DNA of 64,000 bases from a virus (IMGVR_UViG_2700988815_000001:1-64000), one strand, 5' to 3'. Numbered from the stretch's first letter, positions 54,703-63,283 are shown. Numbers and translations are program-made. The notes: generated from the letters alone by a model not told the origin.

Positions 54703-55071
54703 ATGTTCCCATATGAAACTGAATTTGGTACTACAATCCTTGGCGTTAAAGATGCTTATGTTTCTTGCCCTGATGGTAGCCACATCACTTGCACTATTGT
54801 AACAACTGGTGGTCACTTCGGTGATAAGGAAGTTGAGCTTCCATTCACTGCAACCCCAAATGACCCAATGAAACACGGTGTTGAGATTTACAACTTCCTC
54901 AAGAAAAAGAAAACCACTAAGAAGTATGTGAAGCCAGCTCCAACTCTGCTTGAACTTAAAGATGAGTTTGACGAGTTGATGGTTGACATTACCCTTGGTC
55001 TTGCTTCTGACGAAGAGCTTGCACGTGCTAAAGAACTAAGAGTTCAGATTAAAGAACTTTCCGCTGTATAA
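54703..55071 (+). CDS. Tail fibre assembly chaperone
   Basis: PFTATPND..HG motif; position. Confidence 0.75.
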   Translation: MFPYETEFGTTILGVKDAYVSCPDGSHITCTIVTTGGHFGDKEVELPFTATPNDPMKHGVEIYNFLKKKKTTKKYVKPAPTLLELKDEFDELMVDITLGLASDEELARAKELRVQIKELSAV

Positions 55072-55089
55072 GCCTAGAGGAACTAACCA

Positions 55090-56565
55090 ATGGCAAACAT
55101 TACAAAACCAATTGGCCTGAGCAATGTTTGGGCTGATGGTGGTACGAAGATTGATCCGGGTGCCTCTAAGGTTAACATCGGGTGGGTTGTTCAGCTTCCA
55201 CCATACGAATATCAAAACTGGATTGACAACCGTCAAGATCGTGCCATTGCTCACTTTAGTCAGCATGGTGTTCCAGAGTGGGATGGTGTTACAGAGTACC
55301 AAGGACTTCTGAGCTACGCTCAAGGCTCCGACGGTATCATCTACAAGTGCATCCAAACCAACGTAAACAAAGACCCAGCCAACCCTTTGAACGATGCCTT
55401 CTGGGCACGTGCGTTTGAAGACTATGGCTCTGTTGCTGCTGTACAGGCACAGTTGAACGACCACATCACAAACTACCAGTCTCTGTCTGGAATTGGTAAC
55501 GTTGCTGGCGCCCGAGCTAACTTGTCTGTCTACTCTAAAGTTGAAAGCGATGTAAGATTCGCTGGCTTGAACGGTAACTCTGCTCAAGTGTTTGCTGTTG
55601 CTGTTGCAACACAACCAGAACATGCTGTACGTTTGGGGCAAGTTAATAGCTTGCTGACACAGGCTACAGAAGCAAACCTTGGTGTTGTTCGTCTTGCAAC
55701 CAGCGGTGTAACAGAAGCTGGCACAGACGACCTAAGAGCCATCACTCCATTGAAGGCAGCTACAGTCTACCTCAAGAAGAGCGGAAACCTAGCTGGACTT
55801 GGAAACACTGTTACAGCTCGAAACAACCTTGGACTTGGTGATATCGCAACTGAGAGTCAAGCGTCCTACGCTAAGACTGCAAACAACCTGAGCGACCTTG
55901 CAAGTGTTGTATCGGCTCGTAGTAACCTTGGACTAACATCCACTGCTACTCAGCCTGAAACATACTTCCTGAGAACTGCTCTAAACCTTGCCGACCTCAC
56001 AAACACTGTTACTGCAAGAGCAAACCTTGGACTAACATCTTTGGCTAACACTCCTGCTGCTGACGTTCTCCACAGAGCTGACAACTTGCAGGGGCTGCCT
56101 AACGTCGCTCTCGCACGTTCCAACCTTGGACTGTCTGACTCTGTTATCTACCCAAGCAACACTTGGCTGGTGAGAGTTAACAACCTGTCTGATCTGCCTA
56201 ACGCACAAGCTGCACGTAACAACTTGGGACTTGGTAACTTGTCCACACGTAACGTGTTCGGTGTACCGGGTGACTTGGACTTCACAATCTCCAAAACTTC
56301 TGGTGGATACACAAATCTACCTAACGGTTTGATTATGCAGTGGGGCCAAGGCCCAGCTCTGGGAGACGACCAAGGAACAACAGTTGGATTGTTTGTGGCG
56401 ATGAACGTTGTATCTGTGCAAGTTACAGGTATCGGTGCCGCAACTAACGGTATTGGGCCGGGGTTCTTGACTCAAGGCTGGACAACCACAAGCTTCCAAG
56501 TTTACAACAACTACAACAGTGGGCCTTCTCGTCCATTCAGTTGGCTAGCAATCGGGTACGTTTAA
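55090..56565 (+). CDS. Tail fibre protein 2
   Basis: Repeated NL.DL...AR.NLGL; C-terminal LPNGLIMQWG domain. Confidence 0.9.
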   Translation: MANITKPIGLSNVWADGGTKIDPGASKVNIGWVVQLPPYEYQNWIDNRQDRAIAHFSQHGVPEWDGVTEYQGLLSYAQGSDGIIYKCIQTNVNKDPANPLNDAFWARAFEDYGSVAAVQAQLNDHITNYQSLSGIGNVAGARANLSVYSKVESDVRFAGLNGNSAQVFAVAVATQPEHAVRLGQVNSLLTQATEANLGVVRLATSGVTEAGTDDLRAITPLKAATVYLKKSGNLAGLGNTVTARNNLGLGDIATESQASYAKTANNLSDLASVVSARSNLGLTSTATQPETYFLRTALNLADLTNTVTARANLGLTSLANTPAADVLHRADNLQGLPNVALARSNLGLSDSVIYPSNTWLVRVNNLSDLPNAQAARNNLGLGNLSTRNVFGVPGDLDFTISKTSGGYTNLPNGLIMQWGQGPALGDDQGTTVGLFVAMNVVSVQVTGIGAATNGIGPGFLTQGWTTTSFQVYNNYNSGPSRPFSWLAIGYV

Positions 56566-56566
56566 T

Positions 56567-57124
56567 ATGTTGACAGAAATTGACTACAAACAAGCCGCTG
56601 CACTTCTGGGTGTAGAGCCTGCATGTGTCAAAGCTGTCACTAAGGTGGAGAGCCGTGGAAGCGGCTTTCTTCCCTCTGGTGAACCTGTTATTCTCTTTGA
56701 ACGTCATTGGATGTACAAACTTCTGAAAGCTAAGACTGGCAAAGAACCAGAGCTTAACGAAGTGTGCAACCCAAAGGCTGGAGGATATCAAGGTGGTGCG
56801 GCTGAACATATCAGACTCAACACTGCTGTGATGATTGATCGTGAATGTGCATTGCAAAGTGCTTCTTGGGGGTTGTTCCAGATCATGGGATTCCACTGGA
56901 AGGCTCTTGGCTTTGAAAGCGTCCAACAGTTCATCAACGCACAATACAAGAGTGAAGCAACCCAGCTAGATACATTCGTGAGATTCTTGAAGATTAATCC
57001 GGGCATGTTGACAGCACTCAGAACGAAAGACTGGGCGAAGTTTGCTAAGCTGTATAATGGCCCTAACTATGCCATTAACAAATACGATACGAAACTGGCT
57101 GCTGCCTACGCAAGTTTCATTTAA
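56567..57124 (+). CDS. Endolysin, N-acetylmuramidase (DUF3380-like)
   Basis: VES.G.GF, ILFERH, SWGLFQIMG and FA..YNGP.Y motifs. Confidence 0.93.
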   Translation: MLTEIDYKQAAALLGVEPACVKAVTKVESRGSGFLPSGEPVILFERHWMYKLLKAKTGKEPELNEVCNPKAGGYQGGAAEHIRLNTAVMIDRECALQSASWGLFQIMGFHWKALGFESVQQFINAQYKSEATQLDTFVRFLKINPGMLTALRTKDWAKFAKLYNGPNYAINKYDTKLAAAYASFI

Positions 57125-57139
57125 TAGACGGAGGTTGAC

Positions 57140-57343
57140 ATGGCTAAAAAGAAACACATAACTCTCGGAGTTGTTGCTGCAATCTTTCTTGCAGCGGAAC
57201 CCTTGATGATGTTGTGGCAACCTCTTCTCCCACAAGGAAGTTACGCAGGGATTGCAACATTCGTTGCTGTTGTAAGAGCCGGTTTGGTTTACTACACGAC
57301 AGCGGAGAAGGAAGAAGGAGAAGAAGATGCTGACAACAATTAA
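57140..57343 (+). CDS. Putative holin
   Basis: Two TM segments, charged termini, follows endolysin. Confidence 0.6.
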   Translation: MAKKKHITLGVVAAIFLAAEPLMMLWQPLLPQGSYAGIATFVAVVRAGLVYYTTAEKEEGEEDADNN

Positions 57344-57749
57344 GACATACCTAGCAGTAGGTGTGATTGTGCTGACATTGATGTTAGCTGGATACTCGTA
57401 CAAGCTACATGGAGACGTTCAGAGACTGGAGCGGGAAGTGGCGATGTACGCTGCTGCGGCGGAAGCCAACAAGAAAGAAGCAGAAGATGCAAAATCCTCC
57501 TGCCTAATCACTGTTGACCTTCTTAACCAGCACTACCGCGATGAGATTGCACTCAGCAAGGCCCAGCAAGAGGCTGGAGACGCGATCAACTCTCTACCCA
57601 CCCTGACTATCAAGGAGAACGCTAATGCAGCTCCTACGAAGCCTAAAGGCTTTTCTGATGATGACCGTCTTAGTCCTGACCTTATGCAGTTGCTCGACAG
57701 AGCGTACTGTGACGGTGACAAAGACAGTTGTTCTCCACCCGCCAAGTGA
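57327..57749 (+). CDS. i-spanin (Rz-like)
   Basis: N-terminal TM helix plus coiled coil. Confidence 0.8.
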   Translation: MLTTIKTYLAVGVIVLTLMLAGYSYKLHGDVQRLEREVAMYAAAAEANKKEAEDAKSSCLITVDLLNQHYRDEIALSKAQQEAGDAINSLPTLTIKENANAAPTKPKGFSDDDRLSPDLMQLLDRAYCDGDKDSCSPPAK

Positions 57750-57915
57750 ATTCCTCACTCTGTGCAACCCAGAACGTGTACAGGAAGACACTGTTCGTGC
57801 ATTGGCTCACGCCTATGTGACCAACACTTATGAAGTATGGAAGTGCAACAATCGAATTCAGTCTTACACGGACTGGCTAAAACAGCAGGAGAAGATTTAT
57901 GGCAACAGCAACTAA
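57625..57915 (+). CDS. o-spanin (Rz1-like lipoprotein)
   Basis: Overlaps the i-spanin; lipobox LCSC; AAGGAG RBS. Confidence 0.8.
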   Translation: MQLLRSLKAFLMMTVLVLTLCSCSTERTVTVTKTVVLHPPSEFLTLCNPERVQEDTVRALAHAYVTNTYEVWKCNNRIQSYTDWLKQQEKIYGNSN

Positions 57916-58198
57916 CGATATGGTGAAGGCTGTACTCAATTATGTAGCAGGGGCATTGCTCATGGTATGTGTTGGTGTAGTTGGCTACCAACAATCTCAA
58001 ATTAATAAACTAGACGACCGACTGTACACGCTACAAGCGACAACAGTTACTGAGGATAAGCTTAATTCGGCTATCAACAGATTGTCTTCTGAAATGGATA
58101 CTAAGATCACAAGTCTACGTAGTGAGCAACAAATCACTAACAAGTATCTGGAACGTGTAATGGACAAGCTTGAGGATCGTAAATCTAAAGCTGATTAA
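57899..58198 (+). CDS. Single-TM coiled-coil protein (holin/antiholin candidate)
   Basis: TM helix plus coiled coil in the lysis cassette. Confidence 0.7.
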   Translation: MATATNDMVKAVLNYVAGALLMVCVGVVGYQQSQINKLDDRLYTLQATTVTEDKLNSAINRLSSEMDTKITSLRSEQQITNKYLERVMDKLEDRKSKAD

Positions 58199-58213
58199 GA
58201 GAAGGTATATGAC

Positions 58214-58540
58214 ATGACAAGGAAAACAGACTGGCCTCTAATTACTGCCGTTGGAAGTCTTCTGGCAGCTCTCCTTGTTTGCATTTGTCTACTGGCCTTC
58301 CCCGCATATAATAATAAAACAGGTCAACTAGAGTTAGAAGTAGCCAAACAAGACTACCAGAGACAACTCTCGGCTATTGACAGGAAGTACGAGTCAAAGA
58401 TTAACAACTTGCAGGAACAACTCAGTGCGTTGCAGTTTATCAGCAACAAGAAAACTGACCTGCTAGATGACGACGTAAAAAGGAATAGACGTGAAATTGA
58501 TGACCTTAGAGAAAGAGTAAAGCCCCGCTCACGTGGTTAG
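58214..58540 (+). CDS. Single-TM coiled-coil protein
   Basis: TM helix plus coiled coil. Confidence 0.7.
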   Translation: MTRKTDWPLITAVGSLLAALLVCICLLAFPAYNNKTGQLELEVAKQDYQRQLSAIDRKYESKINNLQEQLSALQFISNKKTDLLDDDVKRNRREIDDLRERVKPRSRG

Positions 58541-58557
58541 TGGCGGGGTTTTTGTTT
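58519..58557. terminator. Bidirectional terminator at the convergence point
   Basis: AAAGCCCCGC...GCGGGGTTTTT. Confidence 0.75.
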
Positions 58558-58566
58558 GCCTGCGAT

Positions 58567-58755
58567 TTAACGCCAGCGTTCTACAGTGGTCTTCACGTTG
58601 CAAACTGGACAATGGATACGATAGATTGTATCACCGCAACCAGTATAGTCACGCACATACTCTTCATCAATGTCAGCATAGTGATACTCAAGCACGCTAC
58701 CGCAGTTACGGCAAGTGCAACGCTTACCGGGCGCACGTTGGACAACCTCAACCAT
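58567..58755 (-). CDS. Zn-ribbon protein
   Basis: CRNC...CPVC. Confidence 0.75.
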   Translation of the reverse strand: MVEVVQRAPGKRCTCRNCGSVLEYHYADIDEEYVRDYTGCGDTIYRIHCPVCNVKTTVERWR

Positions 58756-58891
58756 TGGCGTGTACCAGACGATTGAAGACAGCTCGACAGTGGCTGCACT
58801 CCACACGTGCGGTATACGTCAGCGAGAGTTCAATCAGCTTACCAGACTTACAACGAGTGCAAGTGGTGTTCAACAGGTCTTTCAAAATCAT
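58748..58891 (-). CDS. Zn-ribbon protein (47 aa)
   Basis: Hand translation MILKDLLNTTCTRC...CSHC; GGAGG RBS. Confidence 0.65.
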   Translation of the reverse strand: MILKDLLNTTCTRCKSGKLIELSLTYTARVECSHCRAVFNRLVHANG

Positions 58892-58910
58892 AATGGATTT
58901 CCTCCAGTCG

Positions 58911-58937
58911 AAAAGAAGCCCCCGTTAACGGGGGCTT
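58911..58937 (-). terminator. Intrinsic terminator
   Basis: AAGCCCCCG-ttaa-CGGGGGCTT-CTTTT. Confidence 0.85.
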
Positions 58938-58944
58938 GTAATTG

Positions 58945-59298
58945 TTAACCGCGAGCGGACAGAGCAGCCATCAGCTTCATCAAGAGCATTTCCTCTGGGG
59001 TAGCGTTCTTCATGAATGCTTCTGTGATCTTCTCTTGGTCAGAAACCAGATTAGAAGTCACTTGACGGATGGCAGCTAGGCCACGATCAACTTCGAATGT
59101 GTCGCCCTTCTGAGATTGCTCTGCGGTGATGCTTACAGCTTTGTCAACCATTTCAGTGACAGCCATCACTTCGGCCAGCGATTTTGCCAGATCACCAACC
59201 AGAGTTGCCAGTTGTTCATCTTGAACATCCAGCTCGTTCAGACGGTCAGAAACAGCGAGGCCAGCGAGAACAGCAGTAGCGATAGTAACTTTAGACAT
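58945..59298 (-). CDS. Hypothetical helical protein
   Basis: AAGGAG RBS; upstream promoter-like TTGACA-16-TAGACT. Confidence 0.8.
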   Translation of the reverse strand: MSKVTIATAVLAGLAVSDRLNELDVQDEQLATLVGDLAKSLAEVMAVTEMVDKAVSITAEQSQKGDTFEVDRGLAAIRQVTSNLVSDQEKITEAFMKNATPEEMLLMKLMAALSARG

Positions 59299-59363
59299 TT
59301 TTGAATCTCCTTTGTTGTGTTTGATGTGGTGAAGTCTACAGCATTTCAGAACCTTGTCAACAA

Positions 59364-59756
59364 CTATTTTGTATTCATTCCGCCGTACACGATTGGGATG
59401 CCTCCGCTGATGCGTGTACGTTGCACATAAGACGTGAACCGCTCAGAACGACTCTGCCTTGCATTGATACCGCCAACTGTTGTGGGAGCAAGCCTGATCG
59501 GGTTCATGCCACGATCTTGCAGACAGCTACGTGTCACTTGACGGAATGGAAGCTCCAGTCCCTTGAACTGTTTGAGGCAGTTGGAACACTCAATCTTGCC
59601 AGTGTTCAGGCTGACGGTCTTTAGCGTGCATGCACATGTACGGCAGCCAAGCTTACCCTTGAAGTGGCGGATCGCAATACGTTCCTTCTTCTTGAGCTTG
59701 CACACAGCTCCAACGTCCAGTGTAGGCAGTGCATCTATATAGGCTTGATCGTACAT
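59364..59756 (-). CDS. Zn-binding basic hypothetical protein
   Basis: CRTC...CSNC. Confidence 0.75.
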   Translation of the reverse strand: MYDQAYIDALPTLDVGAVCKLKKKERIAIRHFKGKLGCRTCACTLKTVSLNTGKIECSNCLKQFKGLELPFRQVTRSCLQDRGMNPIRLAPTTVGGINARQSRSERFTSYVQRTRISGGIPIVYGGMNTK

Positions 59757-59786
59757 CGTGGTGTCCTCGTTTGTTTGTGTTGGCTC

Positions 59787-59846
59787 ATCTTATACGAAAA
59801 CTGAATCGAGTCAAGCCCTTGACAGCAGATTTATTCATGATACCAT
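59787..59846. promoter_or_regulatory. Back-to-back divergent sigma70-like promoters
   Basis: Minus TTGACT-16-TAAGAT; plus TTGACA-16-TACCAT; GTCAAGCCCTTGAC palindrome. Confidence 0.7.
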
Positions 59847-59859
59847 TCGTCACGTCGTA

Positions 59860-60130
59860 GGGGAGATATGTCGAACACACTCACCGACCTACGGGAACAC
59901 GCCCTATGAAGAGGAAGCCACAGGGGCAGGTGAACTTGAACTGGATTATACCGTGGCGGCGACCTCTTAGGAGGGAATGATCTGGGCCTGTGACTGATGA
60001 ACTCAGCAGCACATGAAAGGTAGAGTAGAGGTTGATCGAGGCAGGTAGTTCCTGTATGATCAGCCTTGGGACAACTTTACCTGATCTCTCCGAATCTAGC
60101 AGCACAGTGAAGATCAAAAGCATAACAGCA
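59860..60130 (+). ncRNA. Candidate structured ncRNA, copy B (paralog of 24291-24600)
   Basis: Conserved blocks and covarying stems relative to copy A. Confidence 0.7.
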
Positions 60131-60165
60131 ACAACATCTAGATCAAAAGCTTATAAGGAGGTGGT

Positions 60166-60474
60166 ATGTGTATTGTAGTGAACAAATACAAAGTGAATAT
60201 GGATGATCCTGATATTGTGTACATAGGTCGCGGGAGCAAATGGGGTAATCCGTACAGCCACAAAGACGGAACTCGGGCACAATACCGTGTGTCAACCGTT
60301 CATCAGGCGATTATGGAATATCGCAAGTACCTTTGGTCGCAAATCTCTGATGGGTTTATCACACTGGAAATGCTGAAAGAGCTTGACGGAAAACGCCTCG
60401 CCTGTTATTGTACTCCCAATCCCTGTCATGGGAACATTATCAAACAAGCAGTCCAATGGGCTAAGGGGCAATGA
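60166..60474 (+). CDS. DUF4326-family protein
   Basis: VYIGRGSKWGNPY and LACYC.P..CHG motifs. Confidence 0.88.
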   Translation: MCIVVNKYKVNMDDPDIVYIGRGSKWGNPYSHKDGTRAQYRVSTVHQAIMEYRKYLWSQISDGFITLEMLKELDGKRLACYCTPNPCHGNIIKQAVQWAKGQ

Positions 60475-61103
60475 TGAGTCGTGTAGTAATTCTTGGTGGC
60501 GGTACATTCAATCATGTGGCTTGCCATCTGGCGTTGGCCGCTCCAGCCTTTGGTGGGACAGCCAAGCAACTCAACAAGATGTTCGCTGATAACGGCACGC
60601 TTGAGCCTTACCTCGCCCTGACGAAGATGGCAGACCCTGCCAGTCATATGATCACTAACGATCACGTTGCTCATTTCATTGAGCTGGCCCTTGGGGACGA
60701 AGACGTTAAGGCCATCATCATGAACGCAGCCATCTGTGATTTTGAAATGGATAACCCCAGCGAGGCTTCTCGCCTGTCCAGTTCTCAGGACTATCAGGTG
60801 ACGCTGCGAGGGATCAACACTAAGATCATGGCTTCCATCAAACAGAAGCGTCCAGATATCATCGTGGCTGGCTTCAAGACCACACACGGTGCAAGCAAGG
60901 TCGAGCAGGTGGCTAAAGCCTTCTCATCTATGCACAACTCGGGGCTTGACATGGTGTTGGCAAATGATGTAGAGACACGAAACAATATCCTTGTTACAAA
61001 GGATTTGACAATACAGACTGGCAGCCGTGAGTTTCTGCTTGACCAGTTGATGTGTACTACTGTAATCTACTACAACATGAAGCAATGGAATCTTGAAGAA
61101 TGA
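60471..61103 (+). CDS. CoaB-like (phosphopantothenate-cysteine ligase/DFP domain) protein
   Basis: GGGT, IMNAAICDF, VAGFK and VLAND motifs. Confidence 0.75.
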   Translation: MMSRVVILGGGTFNHVACHLALAAPAFGGTAKQLNKMFADNGTLEPYLALTKMADPASHMITNDHVAHFIELALGDEDVKAIIMNAAICDFEMDNPSEASRLSSSQDYQVTLRGINTKIMASIKQKRPDIIVAGFKTTHGASKVEQVAKAFSSMHNSGLDMVLANDVETRNNILVTKDLTIQTGSREFLLDQLMCTTVIYYNMKQWNLEE

Positions 61104-61315
61104 CTCACTGGCTGATCAAGACCGAGCACGGATACATGCTTGAGGATGCAGACGGACGGTTGATTGAATGGTTTGACATGGCATGCAACTCTAAGGCATA
61201 CTGCATGGAAGCCGGGATTACCCCGGTATATTTGACACAGAAGTGCCGACTGGCAGATCGTCAGGCATACAATGCCTACACAGGCAAAACATTATGGTGG
61301 GAGAACGAACAATGA
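61100..61315 (+). CDS. Hypothetical protein
   Basis: ATGA coupling. Confidence 0.65.
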   Translation: MTHWLIKTEHGYMLEDADGRLIEWFDMACNSKAYCMEAGITPVYLTQKCRLADRQAYNAYTGKTLWWENEQ

Positions 61316-61545
61316 CGCATGAAATGCACGCTCTGTTTATGCAGTATCCAGAGGCAATGGAAGAGCTTCAATACCAGATCGCGCGTAATGGTTTGGAGTA
61401 CGCTGACAGTTTCCGAATGGCGTTCTTTGATGACGATGCACAGGTTGAAGCCTACGATGATGCTGTCACCTGCTGTGGGAGTTTCGACACCACCATGAAG
61501 ATCAACGGAAAGCGCGTTCTCATTGGCTGCAACTACGGACACTGA
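61312..61545 (+). CDS. Hypothetical protein
   Basis: CCGSFD...IGCNYGH motif. Confidence 0.7.
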   Translation: MTHEMHALFMQYPEAMEELQYQIARNGLEYADSFRMAFFDDDAQVEAYDDAVTCCGSFDTTMKINGKRVLIGCNYGH

Positions 61546-61546
61546 T

Positions 61547-61762
61547 ATGAAGTTTATTGTTGGGCTTGGGTTGTGTACTGTTGCTATGTTTGGTAGTATC
61601 TTTATGGTGCAGGCTAACCACTTCGATGATCAGAAAATGGCTTGCAAGAGAGCTGATGGTCGTGGTAGCCTAGTTGTCAGTCGAGCAACAGGAATTCCAA
61701 TTGGATATGAGTGTATGAGAATGCACTTGGTACTTAAATACAGAAATGGAGAATACAGATGA
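61547..61762 (+). CDS. Membrane-anchored hypothetical protein
   Basis: N-terminal TM helix. Confidence 0.6.
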   Translation: MKFIVGLGLCTVAMFGSIFMVQANHFDDQKMACKRADGRGSLVVSRATGIPIGYECMRMHLVLKYRNGEYR

Positions 61763-61953
61763 ACAGAGAATTGGCTCATGCTTTCTCGCAACTGCGGGTT
61801 AGCCAACGTACTACTGTGCTGCAAGATATCAATTTGAATCTCCATCAAGCGAAGGAAGAGAGCAACAACGACTTCATGAAACGTTGCTTGGAAAAGATTG
61901 CATGTGCAGGGTTGATTCGTGAGCTGGAAGCTGCTATGCTGAGGTTTCAGTGA
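61759..61953 (+). CDS. Hypothetical protein
   Basis: Coupled ORF. Confidence 0.65.
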   Translation: MNRELAHAFSQLRVSQRTTVLQDINLNLHQAKEESNNDFMKRCLEKIACAGLIRELEAAMLRFQ

Positions 61954-62270
61954 GCGGCTGGGAACGTCAAGAGTTTTATGGCCATGATCCAAAGATTGTG
62001 GCGTTTGACTTTGATGAGACAATCAGCGATAATGAGCCGCTGTGGCTTCAAGTGATGCTTGCTCTGGAGAAGGGTGGCTACCATGTGATTGTCTGTACGT
62101 GGAGGACACCAACAACTTATCCAGAAGATTTGAAATTTCTTGTTGACAGGGGATTTAAAGTGTACTACACTTCCGGTCAAGCAAAACAAGATTACATGGC
62201 TAAGCAAGGAATCAGGGTAAACATTTGGGTTGATGACAATCCATTTGCAATCCTAAATAATGCAAAATAA
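61950..62270 (+). CDS. Minimal HAD-family phosphatase
   Basis: AFDFDETI, T.R, K and WVDDNP motifs. Confidence 0.85.
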   Translation: MSGWERQEFYGHDPKIVAFDFDETISDNEPLWLQVMLALEKGGYHVIVCTWRTPTTYPEDLKFLVDRGFKVYYTSGQAKQDYMAKQGIRVNIWVDDNPFAILNNAK

Positions 62271-62273
62271 GAG

Positions 62274-62301
62274 TTGACAGACTTCAAAAGTCTGCTACAA
62301 T
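62274..62301 (+). promoter_or_regulatory. Sigma70-like promoter with a 7-bp inverted repeat in the spacer
   Basis: TTGACA-16-TACAAT with extended TG; CAGACTT-caa-AAGTCTG. Confidence 0.75.
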
Positions 62302-62330
62302 GACCAAATCAAATATCAAAGGAGAAAGAT

Positions 62331-62948
62331 ATGACACAGATTTCCGTAACTCGCGCTCTGGCAGAAGTTAAAGCACTGAACGACCGCATCGAGAAAGCAA
62401 CCCGACAGGCCACCTTCATCAGCGTCACTGTTGGTGGCAAGGTTCCTAACGGTTCTGATCTGCAAGCAACAACCAACACCATCCGAGCAAACCTGCAATC
62501 GGTTCAAGACCTGATCGCTCGTCGTCAGGCTGTGAAGGGCGCTGTTGTTCGTTCCAACGCTGTAACCGAGGTTGTCATCAACGGCGTCACCATGACCGTC
62601 GCTGAGGCTATTGAGCGTAAAGGCTCTATCGACAAAGAGCGTACCCTTCTGGCTGTCCTGCAACAACAGCTCAACCAGAACCGCGTAGCAGTTGAACGCA
62701 ACAACGTCACCATGAACCAGAAGCTGGACATGATGATTCAGACTGCTGTTGGTAAGGAGCGTAAAGCTACCGAGGAAGAACTGGAAGCCATCAGCAAGCC
62801 TTACACCGCATCGAACATCACTGCTCCACTTGACCCTAACGGGCTGGAAGCTGTGATCGCCAAGCTGGAAGCAGAAATCAACGGGTTTGTATTCGAAGTT
62901 GACTTCGTTCTGTCTGAGGCAAACGCTAAGACTCTGATCGAGGCGTAA
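62331..62948 (+). CDS. Alpha-helical hairpin protein (reminiscent of DIP1984/DUF6847-type families)
   Basis: SVTRAL..., IVxSNAxT-like VVRSNAVT, MTVAEAI.RK and VD..LSE.NA.T.IE motifs; strong codon bias; family name is from memory. Confidence 0.8.
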   Translation: MTQISVTRALAEVKALNDRIEKATRQATFISVTVGGKVPNGSDLQATTNTIRANLQSVQDLIARRQAVKGAVVRSNAVTEVVINGVTMTVAEAIERKGSIDKERTLLAVLQQQLNQNRVAVERNNVTMNQKLDMMIQTAVGKERKATEEELEAISKPYTASNITAPLDPNGLEAVIAKLEAEINGFVFEVDFVLSEANAKTLIEA

Positions 62949-62955
62949 TGTTTTA

Positions 62956-63246
62956 TTCATGCTGCGACGAATTGCCTAAATTCTCGTGACCCTTTCCTCT
63001 GGGGTATATCAGGGGAGCCTATTATAGAATGGTATTCTAACCAATCACGCCAACCAATTCTCTGGCGAGAACTAGCATTGACAACGCTTAAAGTTCAAAT
63101 AGGAAAGCTGAAAAGCTTAAAGGTCAACTACTAACCTTTTAAAATTTGAAACAATACAGCTAAAAGCTTCTCCAAACCTTGGGATTACGTTGAGACGTAT
63201 AACGAGACGGACGCTGGCAATGCACCCGAGCTGTCGTTAGCATGAA
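62956..63246 (+). ncRNA. Candidate ~290-nt structured RNA with an A-rich heptad-repeat core
   Basis: Three nested long-range helices, several local hairpins, about 13 AAAGYT-like units. Confidence 0.75.
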
Positions 63247-63254
63247 AACCAATT

Positions 63255-63283
63255 AAGCCCTGCCCTCACCGGCGGGGCTTTTT
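63255..63283 (+). terminator. Intrinsic terminator
   Basis: AAGCCCTGCC...GGCGGGGCTT-TTT. Confidence 0.85.

Noticed and set aside
59994-60018. Hammerhead ribozyme (CTGATGA...GAAA)
   Set aside because: No stem II between the motifs, and absent from copy A
62316-62960. 214-aa minus-strand ORF
   Set aside because: Shadow of 62331..62948, which has the promoter, RBS and codon bias
63083-63180. Heptad tract as a DNA-bending A-tract or a coding repeat
   Set aside because: The period is about 7 rather than 10.5 bp, no RBS-led ORF is evident, and it is enclosed by G-U-containing stems that point to RNA-level structure
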